From assembly GCF_053078305.1 (NCBI RefSeq), contig NZ_CP166879.1: DNA of 64,000 nucleotides; one strand, given 5' to 3'. The position numbers and the translations under genes were made by a program. The notes beneath the pieces are model-generated. The model saw nothing but the letters and a program-made list of their open reading frames with translations. It searched no databases and had not been told where the DNA came from. Below, in pieces: positions 34,538 through 44,788 of the stretch; the first letter of the stretch is position 1, and every line of letters begins with the position of its first letter.

Positions 34538-36310
34538 TTAAAACGCGACGGCAACGCGCCAGTAAACCGTGAGATGGTCAGGGGCAAGCCAGTCCGGGTA
34601 AACAAGAGGCAGTCCGGCGGTGAACGAACCGGAAACATGACCACTGGTGGTGCTGAGCCCGGCAGCAGCACCCCACAGCGTGCCGGACGAGTACGGGTCA
34701 TCGCTGTCAGAGTGCAGCCAGCCGCCGTCCAGTGCAGTCACTGCACGGACTGTCCCCACATATGGCAGGGAGAACAGAGACCAGGACAGCTCATTTCGCA
34801 GATAACCGCCGTTATTACCGGAGATATACTGCTCCTTAAAGCCACGCACTGAACTCTCACCCCCGAGGCTCAGTTGTTCCACACCATGAAGACGGTCCGG
34901 TGACCACTGGGCATAAGCGCTGGTCAGCCACCACACCCTGTCCGTGACGGGGCGCTGAAAACTGGCGCTTAATGACCATTTCCGGAACTGATTTACGGGC
35001 AGGTCTCCCCTTTTCCCGTGGTCGCTTTCTGCGCCGAACCAGGGCATCCCCCGTGTGAATACCGGATTCAGTGTTCCGACACCCCCCAGAAACTTGTGTG
35101 TGTGATTCAGCCCGACAGAAAATGAAGTGAGTTTACGGCTGCTGCCCTGAAGCAGAACATCATCCAGATAATTGTGAATAATGCGGTGCTGCAGACCTCC
35201 GGTCAGTGCTGTCTTCATGTCCCCGTTACGGAACAGGACATGCGACAGTCCCAGCCGGTGAGTCTGCAGGTCTCCCGTGGAACGCCACCGCCAGCCCCGG
35301 TTATCAATGGTGCTGAGGTAGTCACTCCATGAATACGTGTAATCCACCAGGGTATAGCCATACGGCAGACTGACACCGGCGGCAAAATTCCTCGCATCAT
35401 GTGACACCGAAAAGTCACTGCTCCGTCCCCCGCTGACAAACCAGTTGTCAGCCAGCCCCAGCGGATTATTAAAGGAAAGGACACCATTTAACTGCCCCGT
35501 ACCGGTATTCTTCTGTCCGCTGTTGTCGATGCCCACGCTCCCTGTGACAGGCCATCCCGGCGATGCCGTCAGTGTCACCACCGACCATCCCTCACGGTCA
35601 CCGGGCGATATTTCAATCTGTACCGGCTCCGTACGCAGACGGTTAATCTGCTCCATCCCCTGCTCAATATCCCGCAGGTTCAGAACCGCCCCCTCCATTC
35701 CCGGGAAAACCATCTTCAGGGTGCGGGCAGGAAGGTCAGCGCCTTCCGCCCGGATTTGCTGCAGCCTGCCTTCCATGACCGTTATGTGCAGTACGCCCCC
35801 TGAAAGGTCCTGCTCTGTCAGAAAGGCCCGGCTGGTGATATATCCCCGACGTATATAGCCGTCCGTCACGGCATCCGTGACCGTGGTCAGCCCCGTGATA
35901 TTCAGACACTGATTCACCCACGGTGCCACCAGTCTGTCGGTTTCTGCAGACGTCAGTCGGGTGGCCCCACTGACAACAATGCGTGACACCGTAAAGCAGG
36001 GACCTTCAGTACCGGCAGACATTTCCGGAGACGGCGTGATGGTCAGCGGCGCACTGCGCTCCAGCGCATCACGCTGACGCTGGTTTTCATCCAGCAACTG
36101 CTGCTGTTGCTGCTGAATTGCACTGCGGTCACCCGGAGACAGCATGGCTGCCGGAGACGAAAATGCGGGGATAAAAAAACCAGAAAAAACGGAGAGGGAG
36201 AGATAGCATATCCACGGAGAACCGCGCCGGAACATATCACAACAGGGGACAGACAACGCACGGGATAAAAGAGACGTTTTCGTCAGAATGTTGTTCTGCC
36301 GGCGCTGCAT
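34538..36310 (-). CDS. cdiB: Two-partner secretion outer-membrane transporter CdiB
   Basis: 590-aa ORF directly upstream of cdiA; TpsB/FhaC-like beta-barrel C-terminus; alternative start at 36235 gives a conventional signal peptide. Confidence 0.9.
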   Translation of the reverse strand: MQRRQNNILTKTSLLSRALSVPCCDMFRRGSPWICYLSLSVFSGFFIPAFSSPAAMLSPGDRSAIQQQQQQLLDENQRQRDALERSAPLTITPSPEMSAGTEGPCFTVSRIVVSGATRLTSAETDRLVAPWVNQCLNITGLTTVTDAVTDGYIRRGYITSRAFLTEQDLSGGVLHITVMEGRLQQIRAEGADLPARTLKMVFPGMEGAVLNLRDIEQGMEQINRLRTEPVQIEISPGDREGWSVVTLTASPGWPVTGSVGIDNSGQKNTGTGQLNGVLSFNNPLGLADNWFVSGGRSSDFSVSHDARNFAAGVSLPYGYTLVDYTYSWSDYLSTIDNRGWRWRSTGDLQTHRLGLSHVLFRNGDMKTALTGGLQHRIIHNYLDDVLLQGSSRKLTSFSVGLNHTHKFLGGVGTLNPVFTRGMPWFGAESDHGKRGDLPVNQFRKWSLSASFQRPVTDRVWWLTSAYAQWSPDRLHGVEQLSLGGESSVRGFKEQYISGNNGGYLRNELSWSLFSLPYVGTVRAVTALDGGWLHSDSDDPYSSGTLWGAAAGLSTTSGHVSGSFTAGLPLVYPDWLAPDHLTVYWRVAVAF

Positions 36311-36342
36311 GTTCTCCCCGTATTCTGGCCTGTGTGATGCCA

Positions 36343-36418
36343 GTGTAAATTCATGTCAGAAAGTGTCAGCGAGAAAATTTACACCTGAAAAAGTCTGTCA
36401 TGAAACAGTTTTATGACA
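36343..36418 (-). promoter_or_regulatory. Palindromic candidate operator sites upstream of cdiB
   Basis: 9-bp inverted repeat GTGTAAATT ... AATTTACAC (36343-36384) and near-palindrome TGTCATGAAACAGTTTTATGACA (36396-36418), 30-110 bp upstream of the cdiB start. Confidence 0.35.
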
Positions 36419-36825
36419 AGACATCAAAAAAATGTCAAAAACGTGATCTTTCTTCAGCTTTTCAGAATATTGAGTACCAGGAGTTCAATATCAATTCTGG
36501 GACACATATGCATTTACCATTAAAACCGGGCACAACAAGCTGTTCAGTCTCAATCCATACCCCGTGTTTTATCAATATCAGAATAAGAATATCTGCGGAT
36601 AAATAAAAAAGGAATGTCGAGGGAGCTTACCGCAGAGGGCTCTCCACCTCACAAGCCATTTACAAAAATGATACCGGCATATCTTTGGTCCCTGTCACAA
36701 CCAGACATTGACAATCCAATATAACCCCAAATATATTTCGGGTAAGAAGTCTGGGATTTATACAGATATACTGTCTGTTATTACTATTTAATTATATAAT
36801 TGTATTACATACATAAGAGGCACTA

Positions 36826-37215
36826 ATGAAACGTTATATAAAATGGTTTGCCATCACAATTTTTATCAGTATGTTGAGTGCCTGTGCCCGTACGGCCCCA
36901 GTGCAACAGATAAGCACCACTGTCAGTGTGGGTCATACTCAGGAGCAGGTTAAAAATGCCATTTTGAAAGCAGGTGCGCAGCGCAAGTGGATTATGACGC
37001 AAGTGTCCCCTGGAGTTATTAAAGCTCGCTATCAAACACGAAATCACGTTGCAGAGGTTCGTATTACATATACAGCTACCTACTATAACATCAAATATGA
37101 CAGTAGCCTGAATCTGCAGGCTTCTGATGGAAAAATTCATAAAAACTATAACCGCTGGGTGCGTAACCTGGATAAAGATATACAGGTTAACTTATCTACA
37201 GGAGCAACGTTATAG
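36826..37215 (+). CDS. Lipoprotein (lipobox LSAC), function unknown
   Basis: 129 aa; N-terminus MKRYIKWFAITIFISMLSAC; divergent from cdiB, upstream of the aryl-polyene cluster. Confidence 0.6.
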   Translation: MKRYIKWFAITIFISMLSACARTAPVQQISTTVSVGHTQEQVKNAILKAGAQRKWIMTQVSPGVIKARYQTRNHVAEVRITYTATYYNIKYDSSLNLQASDGKIHKNYNRWVRNLDKDIQVNLSTGATL

Positions 37216-37279
37216 TGATGCTGATATCGGGCTGGAATGGCCCGATAGTATTTAACTTTCTCTATAAGAATGGTTATAT

Positions 37280-38338
37280 ATGTACGAACAGGACACGCTC
37301 AGCGCACTGGATGCCATCACCGAAGCACAGCGGATTGCCTTTGCTCCTATGCTTTTCCAGGCAGCTTTGTGCCTGCGCAATGCAGGAATATTAGATTATT
37401 TGGATCAACAGGGTAAACAGGGAGCTCCCCTTAATGCGATTACTGAGCACACAGTCCTGAATGAATATGCCGTGGGTGTGTTACTGGATATGGGCTTAAG
37501 CGGGCGAATTATTACCTGTAAAGAGGGAATTTATTACCTGGCGAAAATCGGTCATTACCTCCTGCATGACACTATGACTCGCGTGAATATGGATTTCACC
37601 CAGGATGTCTGTTACCAGGGGCTCTTCTTCCTTGCCGATTCACTCAATGAAGGAAAACCTTCCGGGTTAAAAGTATTTGGCGACTGGCCGACGATATATC
37701 CGGCACTTTCGCAATTACCAGACGCCGCACGTGATAGCTGGTTTGCGTTTGATCATTACTATTCAGATGGCGCATTTAACGCCGCACTGCCTTATGTATT
37801 CGCCAACAACCCCACAACCTTGTACGATGTGGGTGGCAATACGGGTAAGTGGGCTTTGCGCTGCTGCAAATTCAATGAAAACATCGCCGTTACGTTATTA
37901 GATCTGCCACAACAAATCGTACTGGCGAAAGAAAATATCGCGAATGCAGGTTTTTCTGATCGCATAGATTTCCATGCGGTGGATATGCTAAGCGATGCCC
38001 CATTACCAGGCGAGGCTGATATCTGGTGGATGAGCCAATTTTTAGACTGTTTTTCACCCGAACAAATAATTAGCATACTCAGCAAAATTGCCAGCGTAAT
38101 GAAGCCTGGCGCAAAACTTTGCATCATGGAGTTGTTCTGGGATGCACAGCGGTTTGAAGCGACATCGTTTAGCCTGAATGCATCCTCACTTTATTTTACC
38201 TGCATGGCAAACGGTAACAGCCGTTTCTATAGTGCAGAGAAATTTTACGACTATCTGAATAAAGCAGGATTCCAGGTAGCAGAGCGTCACGATAATTTAG
38301 GCGTTGGGCATACACTTTTGATATGCCAAAAGAAATAA
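37280..38338 (+). CDS. SAM-dependent O-methyltransferase (aryl-polyene cluster)
   Basis: 352 aa; class I methyltransferase motif LYDVGGNTG; first gene of a co-directional 17-gene block. Confidence 0.8.
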   Translation: MYEQDTLSALDAITEAQRIAFAPMLFQAALCLRNAGILDYLDQQGKQGAPLNAITEHTVLNEYAVGVLLDMGLSGRIITCKEGIYYLAKIGHYLLHDTMTRVNMDFTQDVCYQGLFFLADSLNEGKPSGLKVFGDWPTIYPALSQLPDAARDSWFAFDHYYSDGAFNAALPYVFANNPTTLYDVGGNTGKWALRCCKFNENIAVTLLDLPQQIVLAKENIANAGFSDRIDFHAVDMLSDAPLPGEADIWWMSQFLDCFSPEQIISILSKIASVMKPGAKLCIMELFWDAQRFEATSFSLNASSLYFTCMANGNSRFYSAEKFYDYLNKAGFQVAERHDNLGVGHTLLICQKK

Positions 38339-38378
38339 TCGTCACTTAATAATTTTGGTTTACCGCGGGCGCGCGTTG

Positions 38379-39101
38379 ATGAAATTTGCATTAAATATTA
38401 CCAACTGGCAGGCACTGGCGCCTGGACTTAGCGATGTGCAGCAATGGCAAGCATGGTCGCGCCAGCCGTGGGCGATTGACCCTGCCGCGCCGTTGGCAAA
38501 ATTAAGTGAACTGCCAATGATGACCGCCCGTCGTCTCAGTTCAGGCAGCAAACTGGCTGTTGAATGCGGTCTGACAATGCTACGCCGCCATCAGCCAGAC
38601 GCTGTTTTGTATACCAGTCGTCATGGCGAACTGGAGCGCAATTACCGCATTGTTCATGCACTGGCAACCGAACAGGCGCTTTCTCCGACGGACTTCGCGC
38701 TTTCCGTACACAACTCTTCCGTGGGTAACCTGACCATTGTGGCCAAACAGCCGATCGTTTCGTCATCGCTTTCGGCTGGTCGCGACAGTTTCCAGCAAGG
38801 TTTGTGTGAAGTGCTTAGCCTGCTACAGGCGGGATACCAGCGCGTGTTGATGGTCGATTTTGATGGCTTTCTGCCTGAGTTCTATCATCCACAACTGCCC
38901 GCAGAAATGCCGACCTGGCCGTACGCCGTCGCGCTGGTGATTGAAGCTGGCGATGAGTGGCAATGTGAAACGCAGTCAGCCATTGCGGGTAATGAAACAA
39001 CACTGCCGCAAAGCATGTTGTTTTTACAGCACTATTTACAAAATGCGGACACATTTTCACTGCCTGGCGAGCGCGTACAGTGGCGCTGGAGCCGTGGATG
39101 A
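38379..39101 (+). CDS. Ketosynthase-like chain-length-factor protein
   Basis: ATG at 38379 (MKFALNITNW...); about 240 aa; ORF-track start at 38355 is an extension. Confidence 0.6.
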   Translation: MKFALNITNWQALAPGLSDVQQWQAWSRQPWAIDPAAPLAKLSELPMMTARRLSSGSKLAVECGLTMLRRHQPDAVLYTSRHGELERNYRIVHALATEQALSPTDFALSVHNSSVGNLTIVAKQPIVSSSLSAGRDSFQQGLCEVLSLLQAGYQRVLMVDFDGFLPEFYHPQLPAEMPTWPYAVALVIEAGDEWQCETQSAIAGNETTLPQSMLFLQHYLQNADTFSLPGERVQWRWSRG

Positions 39102-39919
39102 GTAAGCTGATGTCACGTCTGGAGTGGACCTGGCGACTGGTCATGACCGGGTTATGTTTTGTCCTGTTTGGTCTCGGCGGCCTGCTGCTTTCAGTCGTGT
39201 GGTTTAACATATTGTTAGTTTTGGTGTGGGATACTTCCCGCCGCCGTCGTTTGGCACGTCGCAGCATTGCCGCCAGTTTTCGCCTGTTTTTAACTGTCGC
39301 GAAAGGGCTTGGCGTGCTGGATTATCGTATTGATGGCGCTGAAATTTTACGTCAGGAACGCGGTTGCCTCGTCGTAGCCAATCATCCCACGCTGATCGAT
39401 TACGTGCTGCTGGCATCAGTCATGCCAGAAACTGACTGCCTGGTGAAAAGCGCGCTGTTAAAAAATCCTTTTCTTGGCGGCGTCGTGCAAGCGGCAGATT
39501 ATTTAATCAACAGCGAAGCTGAAACCCTGTTACCCCGCTGCCAACAGCGACTGGCACAGGGTGACACTATCCTGATTTTCCCCGAAGGCACACGAACGAA
39601 GCCCGGTGAAAAAATGACGCTGCAGCGCGGTGCAGCGAATATTGCCGTGCGCTGCACCAGCGATTTACGCATCGTGACGATCGGCTGTAGCGAGCATCTG
39701 CTGGATAAACAAAGTAAGTGGTATGACGTCCCGCCTGCCAGGCCGTTTTTTACGGTTGAAGTCCATGGGCGGGTAGAAATCAATAAATTTTACGATGCAA
39801 CTTCACAAGAGCCGACGCTGGCTGCAAGACAGTTAAACCGGCATCTTTTGCTTCAATTACAGCAAGGTTGTTTACCTCTCTCAGGAATAAATAATGCAAG
39901 CGCTTTATCTGGAAATTAA
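39098..39919 (+). CDS. Lysophospholipid acyltransferase (PlsC family)
   Basis: ATGA overlap with the previous gene; motifs NHPTLIDYV and FPEGTRT. Confidence 0.75.
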   Translation: MSKLMSRLEWTWRLVMTGLCFVLFGLGGLLLSVVWFNILLVLVWDTSRRRRLARRSIAASFRLFLTVAKGLGVLDYRIDGAEILRQERGCLVVANHPTLIDYVLLASVMPETDCLVKSALLKNPFLGGVVQAADYLINSEAETLLPRCQQRLAQGDTILIFPEGTRTKPGEKMTLQRGAANIAVRCTSDLRIVTIGCSEHLLDKQSKWYDVPPARPFFTVEVHGRVEINKFYDATSQEPTLAARQLNRHLLLQLQQGCLPLSGINNASALSGN

Positions 39920-40151
39920 AAACCTCATCATCAGCACCCTCAATCTGGACGACTTGACTCCTGATGATATTGATATCAATGCGCCACTGTTTGGCGACGG
40001 TTTAGGGCTGGACTCTATCGATGCACTGGAACTGGGACTGGCAGTAAAAAATGAGTACGGCATCGTGCTCTCTGCGGAAAGCGAAGAAATGCGTCAGCAC
40101 TTTTTCTCCGTCGCCACTCTGGCCTCTTTCATTGCTGCGCAACGTGCCTGA
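39894..40151 (+). CDS. Acyl carrier protein
   Basis: 85 aa with the phosphopantetheine-site motif GLDSIDALEL. Confidence 0.8.
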   Translation: MQALYLEIKNLIISTLNLDDLTPDDIDINAPLFGDGLGLDSIDALELGLAVKNEYGIVLSAESEEMRQHFFSVATLASFIAAQRA

Positions 40152-40162
40152 GGAAAACCATC

Positions 40163-40414
40163 ATGACAGACCAACAAACCATTTATCAGGAAGTCTCAGC
40201 CCTGCTGGTTAAGCTGTTTGAAATCGATCCGCAGGACATCAAACCTGAAGCGCGACTGTACGAAGATCTGGAACTGGACAGCATCGACGCCGTTGACATG
40301 ATTGTGCACCTGCAAAAGAAAACCGGTAAGAAAATCAAGCCGGAAGAGTTTAAAGCAGTGCGTACAGTCCAGGATGTTGTCGAGGCTGTAGAACGCCTGC
40401 TACAAGAAGGCTAA
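40163..40414 (+). CDS. Acyl carrier protein (second copy)
   Basis: 83 aa with LELDSIDAVDM. Confidence 0.8.
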   Translation: MTDQQTIYQEVSALLVKLFEIDPQDIKPEARLYEDLELDSIDAVDMIVHLQKKTGKKIKPEEFKAVRTVQDVVEAVERLLQEG

Positions 40415-40418
40415 TTTG

Positions 40419-41000
40419 ATGTCGGGCATTCGCTCGCTACCAATGATTAAGTTGCTGACCGGATTATTGCTGCTCGCCTGGCCTTTTTTAATCTGGCTAG
40501 GTTTGGTGCATAACAGCCTGCACTGGCTGTTGCCGCTGATGGCGCTGCTGCTTTTATTGCGCCTGCGCCAGCCCCGTCGCCAGACGGGGCCGCTCCAGGT
40601 CGTCACAAAAATCGTTGCTGTTGTGGGCATTGTATTGTGTGTCTCCAGTTTTCTGTTGAAAACGCACCAGTTACTGCTGTTTTACCCGGTAGTGGTTAAC
40701 GCAGTCATGCTGGCGGTTTTTGGCGGTTCGCTGCGGTCGACAATGCCGATAGTTGAGCGGCTGGCACGTTTGCAGGAGCCAGACCTCCCGGAAAAGGCCG
40801 TGCGATATACCCGCCGCGTAACGCAGGTCTGGTGCCTGTTTTTTATTTTCAATGGCAGTATTGCGTTATTTACCACCTTGTATGGCAACATGCCCTTGTG
40901 GACAGCCTGGAACGGTATCATTGCTTACCTTCTGATAGGTTTCCTGACTGCAGGGGAATGGCTGATACGTTGTCAGATGATCAAACGGAAAACACCATGA
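40419..41000 (+). CDS. Integral membrane protein (aryl-polyene cluster)
   Basis: About 193 aa, mostly hydrophobic. Confidence 0.6.
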   Translation: MSGIRSLPMIKLLTGLLLLAWPFLIWLGLVHNSLHWLLPLMALLLLLRLRQPRRQTGPLQVVTKIVAVVGIVLCVSSFLLKTHQLLLFYPVVVNAVMLAVFGGSLRSTMPIVERLARLQEPDLPEKAVRYTRRVTQVWCLFFIFNGSIALFTTLYGNMPLWTAWNGIIAYLLIGFLTAGEWLIRCQMIKRKTP

Positions 41001-42355
41001 ATCAGACTCTCTCACTTTCACAGTGGTTGACAGCCTCTCGCCCTGTAACAACTCCTGTTGCCTGGCTTGGGGAATATACCTGGACACTGGGGCATCTGCG
41101 GCATGATGTAGCGCTTTTGATCGACCATTTACGCGACCAGCCAGGCAATCGCTGGGCACTTTGTTTTGAAAACAGCTATCTTTTTATTGTAGCGTTGTTG
41201 GCCACGCTACACTCAGGTAAAATCCCGGTAATCCCGGGCCATAATCGCGCCGCTTTGTTAAATGTACAACGCTCCTTGTTTGATTGCGTCCTGAGTGATA
41301 AAAGGCTGGGCTGGAACGGTCCACAGTTTGTTGTAAGCACATCTCACCAGATGACGACCAGCACGATAGCCTTTGATGATATTGCTTCTGATGCGTTTAT
41401 TGAACTTTTCACATCGGGTTCAACCGGACAACCAAAACAAATTGCAAAACCTGTTATCAGCCTTGATCAAGAAGCAAACATGCTGGCAACTCACTTTGCA
41501 GACCGACTACTGGGCTGTCGTTTTGTAGCATCCGTGATGCCTCAGCACCTGTATGGGCTGACTTTCCGTATTTTTTTACCCATGGCACTTGGCCTGCCAT
41601 TGCATGCCGCAATGCTCTGGTATTCTGAGCAACTTGCCGCATTAAGCCATACCTACCGCTATGCCTTTGTCAGCAGCCCGGCGTTCCTTAAGCGACTCGA
41701 CCTTCATCTGACGCCTCCCCCAGTGGAAATGATTCTCTCTGCCGGCGGTATGCTACCATGGCAGGATGTAGAGAAAACTTCCACCTGGCTGAATATATGG
41801 CCCGATGAAATCTATGGTAGTACCGAAACAGGTATTCTCGCATGGCGTTACCGTCAACAGGATAATATCCCCTGGTTTACTTTTTCTGATGTTCATCTTT
41901 CACAGGAAAGTGAGGGGGTTCGTGTCTTTTCGCCACTAATCCCTGCTGAAGGATTGGTGCTTGACGATATGTTGCAATTCAATGAAAACGGTCAGTTCCA
42001 CCTGATCGGACGACGTGGTCGAGTGGTAAAAATAGAGGAGAAGCGGATATCACTGGTTGAAATCGAACAACGACTTCTGGCACTTGACGGTATTATGGAT
42101 GTCGCTGCAATACCATTAATACGCAATGGCCGCCAGGCTATCGGTGTCGTGGTTGTACCAAATAAAGAGGCCCGTCAAATATGGCAATGCTCCGGAGGGA
42201 AAACTCTGGAGTTGTCCTGGCGCAAAGCACTATTACCATGGCTTGAACCTGTTGCAGTACCTCGTTACTGGCGCATTATTGATGAAATACCAGTAAACAA
42301 TATGAATAAGCGTGTCTATGCGCAATTACAGGAGTTATTTCATGATACGCCATGA
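40997..42355 (+). CDS. AMP-dependent synthetase/ligase (acyl-activating enzyme)
   Basis: ATG at 40997 overlaps the preceding stop (ATGA); adenylation motif TSGSTGQPK; ORF-track start at 40832 is an extension. Confidence 0.75.
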   Translation: MNQTLSLSQWLTASRPVTTPVAWLGEYTWTLGHLRHDVALLIDHLRDQPGNRWALCFENSYLFIVALLATLHSGKIPVIPGHNRAALLNVQRSLFDCVLSDKRLGWNGPQFVVSTSHQMTTSTIAFDDIASDAFIELFTSGSTGQPKQIAKPVISLDQEANMLATHFADRLLGCRFVASVMPQHLYGLTFRIFLPMALGLPLHAAMLWYSEQLAALSHTYRYAFVSSPAFLKRLDLHLTPPPVEMILSAGGMLPWQDVEKTSTWLNIWPDEIYGSTETGILAWRYRQQDNIPWFTFSDVHLSQESEGVRVFSPLIPAEGLVLDDMLQFNENGQFHLIGRRGRVVKIEEKRISLVEIEQRLLALDGIMDVAAIPLIRNGRQAIGVVVVPNKEARQIWQCSGGKTLELSWRKALLPWLEPVAVPRYWRIIDEIPVNNMNKRVYAQLQELFHDTP

Positions 42356-42695
42356 AATTGAGCGCCATCTGGTTCAACCGCAGGAGATGGAAATCGTTCT
42401 ATACCTTGACCCGATGCTCTACTGGTTTAATGGTCATTTTGCCGTACAGCCTCTGTTACCAGGCGTGGCCCAATTGGACTGGGTAATGCATTATGCTACC
42501 ACGCTGCTTGCTCCGGGCTGGCGTTTTCGTAGTATCCAGAATGTTAAATTTCTGGCGCCACTTATACCTGAGACGACTGTTACCCTGCAATTAACATGGC
42601 AGGAAACAAGTCAGGTACTCACTTTCTGCTATCAGCGTCACGACGGTGACGCCCGCCACACCGCCAGTAGCGGGAAGATCCGCCTATGTCGGTAA
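42342..42695 (+). CDS. Hot-dog fold 3-hydroxyacyl-ACP dehydratase-like protein
   Basis: About 117 aa; start at ATG 42342. Confidence 0.6.
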   Translation: MIRHEIERHLVQPQEMEIVLYLDPMLYWFNGHFAVQPLLPGVAQLDWVMHYATTLLAPGWRFRSIQNVKFLAPLIPETTVTLQLTWQETSQVLTFCYQRHDGDARHTASSGKIRLCR

Positions 42696-44362
42696 ACTTT
42701 TCTCCCTGCGTGTTGATACCCTGCTACAACCACGGCGCGATGATGCCGGGCGTGCTGGCGCGTCTTAAGCCATTTAATCTGCCCTGTATTGTGGTGGATG
42801 ACGGCAGCGATGCCACCACACAACAGCAACTGGACAGTCTGCTTGCCGAACAGCCTGGCGTGACCTTAATTCGCCTGGCAGAAAACGCAGGCAAAGGCGC
42901 GGCGGTGATGCGTGGCTTACAGGCAGCGGCAGACGCAGGGTTCAGCCATGCGGTGCAGGTGGATGCTGACGGTCAGCACGCGATTGAAGATATCCCTAAA
43001 CTGCTGGCACTCGCTGAACAACAACCTGCGGCACTGATCTCCGGCCAGCCAATTTACGATGACTCCATCCCCCGCTCACGGCTTTACGGGCGCTGGGTCA
43101 CCCACGTTTGGGTATGGATCGAAACGCTCTCCCTGCAACTGAAAGACAGCATGTGCGGCTTTCGCGTTTATCCGGTTGCGCCAACGCTGCAACTGGCAAA
43201 ACACGCCACCATCGGCAAGCGGATGGATTTCGACACTGAAGTGATGGTGCGCCTCTACTGGCAGGGAAACACCAGCTATTTCGTGCCGACCCGCGTCACC
43301 TATCCACTGGACGGGCTTTCGCATTTTGATGCCCTGAAAGATAACGTCCGCATCTCGCTCATGCACACGCGTCTGTTTTTCGGCATGTTACCGCGTATTC
43401 CTTCACTGCTGATGCGCCGCTCTTCCAGCCACTGGGCGCGGCAGAGTGAAGTGAAAGGATTATGGGGAATGCGCCTGATGCTGCTTGTCTGGCGTCTGCT
43501 GGGAAGAACGGCGTTTAGCGCGCTGCTTTACCCGGTGGTGGGCGTCTACTGGCTCACTGCTTCTCGTGCGCGCAAAGCGTCGCAAGACTGGCTCGCCCGT
43601 GTACGACAGCATCAACCACAGGCGGCAAAACTCAACAGCTATCAGCACTTTCTGCGTTTCGGTAATGCCATGCTCGACAAAATCGCCAGCTGGCGCGGCG
43701 AGCTACAACTGGGGCGTGATGTGCTGTTTGCGCCAGGCGCAGAAGCGGCGCTTGACGTCCGCGATCCGCGCGGCAAATTGCTGCTGGCCTCGCATCTTGG
43801 CGATGTGGAAGTGTGCCGGGCGCTGGCAAAAATTCAGGGCTACAAAACCATTAACGCGCTGGTGTTTAGCGAAAACGCCCAACGCTTTAAACAGATAATG
43901 CAGGAGATGGCTCCTCAGGCAGGCATTAACCTGATGCCGGTAACAGATATCGGCCCAGAAACCGCCATCCTGCTGAAAGAGAAGCTGAATAACGGCGAAT
44001 GGGTGGCGATTGTCGGTGACCGCATCGCCGTCACCCCGCAACGCGGCGGCGACTGGCGCGTCTGCTGGAGTCCGTTTATGGGCCAGCCTGCGCCCTTCCC
44101 ACAGGGGCCGTTTATTCTCGCCTCTATTTTGCGCTGCCCAGTGAATCTGATTTTCGCCCTACGCCAGCACGGCAAGCTGCATATTCACTGCGAAACCTTT
44201 GCCGACCCGCTGCTGTTGCCGCGTGGCGAACGCCAACAGGCGCTGCAAAACGCTATCGACCACTACGCCGCGCGTCTGGAACATTACGCGCTCCAGTCGC
44301 CCCTCGACTGGTTTAATTTTTTCGATTTCTGGCAACTGCCGGAAATTCAGGACAAGGAGTAA
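42686..44362 (+). CDS. Family-2 glycosyltransferase fused to an LpxL-like acyltransferase
   Basis: 558 aa; N-terminal GT2 signature (PCYNHG..., VVDDGSDATT); C-terminal lipid A acyltransferase-like domain. Confidence 0.7.
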   Translation: MSVNFSPCVLIPCYNHGAMMPGVLARLKPFNLPCIVVDDGSDATTQQQLDSLLAEQPGVTLIRLAENAGKGAAVMRGLQAAADAGFSHAVQVDADGQHAIEDIPKLLALAEQQPAALISGQPIYDDSIPRSRLYGRWVTHVWVWIETLSLQLKDSMCGFRVYPVAPTLQLAKHATIGKRMDFDTEVMVRLYWQGNTSYFVPTRVTYPLDGLSHFDALKDNVRISLMHTRLFFGMLPRIPSLLMRRSSSHWARQSEVKGLWGMRLMLLVWRLLGRTAFSALLYPVVGVYWLTASRARKASQDWLARVRQHQPQAAKLNSYQHFLRFGNAMLDKIASWRGELQLGRDVLFAPGAEAALDVRDPRGKLLLASHLGDVEVCRALAKIQGYKTINALVFSENAQRFKQIMQEMAPQAGINLMPVTDIGPETAILLKEKLNNGEWVAIVGDRIAVTPQRGGDWRVCWSPFMGQPAPFPQGPFILASILRCPVNLIFALRQHGKLHIHCETFADPLLLPRGERQQALQNAIDHYAARLEHYALQSPLDWFNFFDFWQLPEIQDKE

Positions 44363-44365
44363 AGG

Positions 44366-44788
44366 GTGCTTAACGATCCCCGATTTACCGCTGAAGTCGA
44401 GCTGACCATTCCCTTTCACGACGTCGATATGATGGGCGTGGCCTGGCACGGTAACTATTTTCGCTACTTTGAAGTGGCCCGCGAGGCGCTGCTCAACCAG
44501 TTCAATTACGGCTATCGGCAGATGAAAGAGTCCGGTTATTTGTGGCCAGTGGTCGATGCGCGGGTGAAATATCGCCACGCCCTCACCTTTGAGCAACGCA
44601 TCCGCGTGCGTGCGCATATCGAAGAGTTCGAAAACCGTCTGCGGATTGGCTATCAGATTTTCGATGCCGAAACGGGCAAACGCGCCACCACCGGATACAC
44701 CATTCAGGTCGCGGTCGACGAGCAAAGCCGCGAACTGTGCTTTGTCAGCCCCGATATTCTGTTTGAACGCATGGGAGTCAAATCATGA
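44366..44788 (+). CDS. Hot-dog fold acyl-CoA/ACP thioesterase (4HBT family)
   Basis: 140 aa; GTG start. Confidence 0.65.
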   Translation: MLNDPRFTAEVELTIPFHDVDMMGVAWHGNYFRYFEVAREALLNQFNYGYRQMKESGYLWPVVDARVKYRHALTFEQRIRVRAHIEEFENRLRIGYQIFDAETGKRATTGYTIQVAVDEQSRELCFVSPDILFERMGVKS

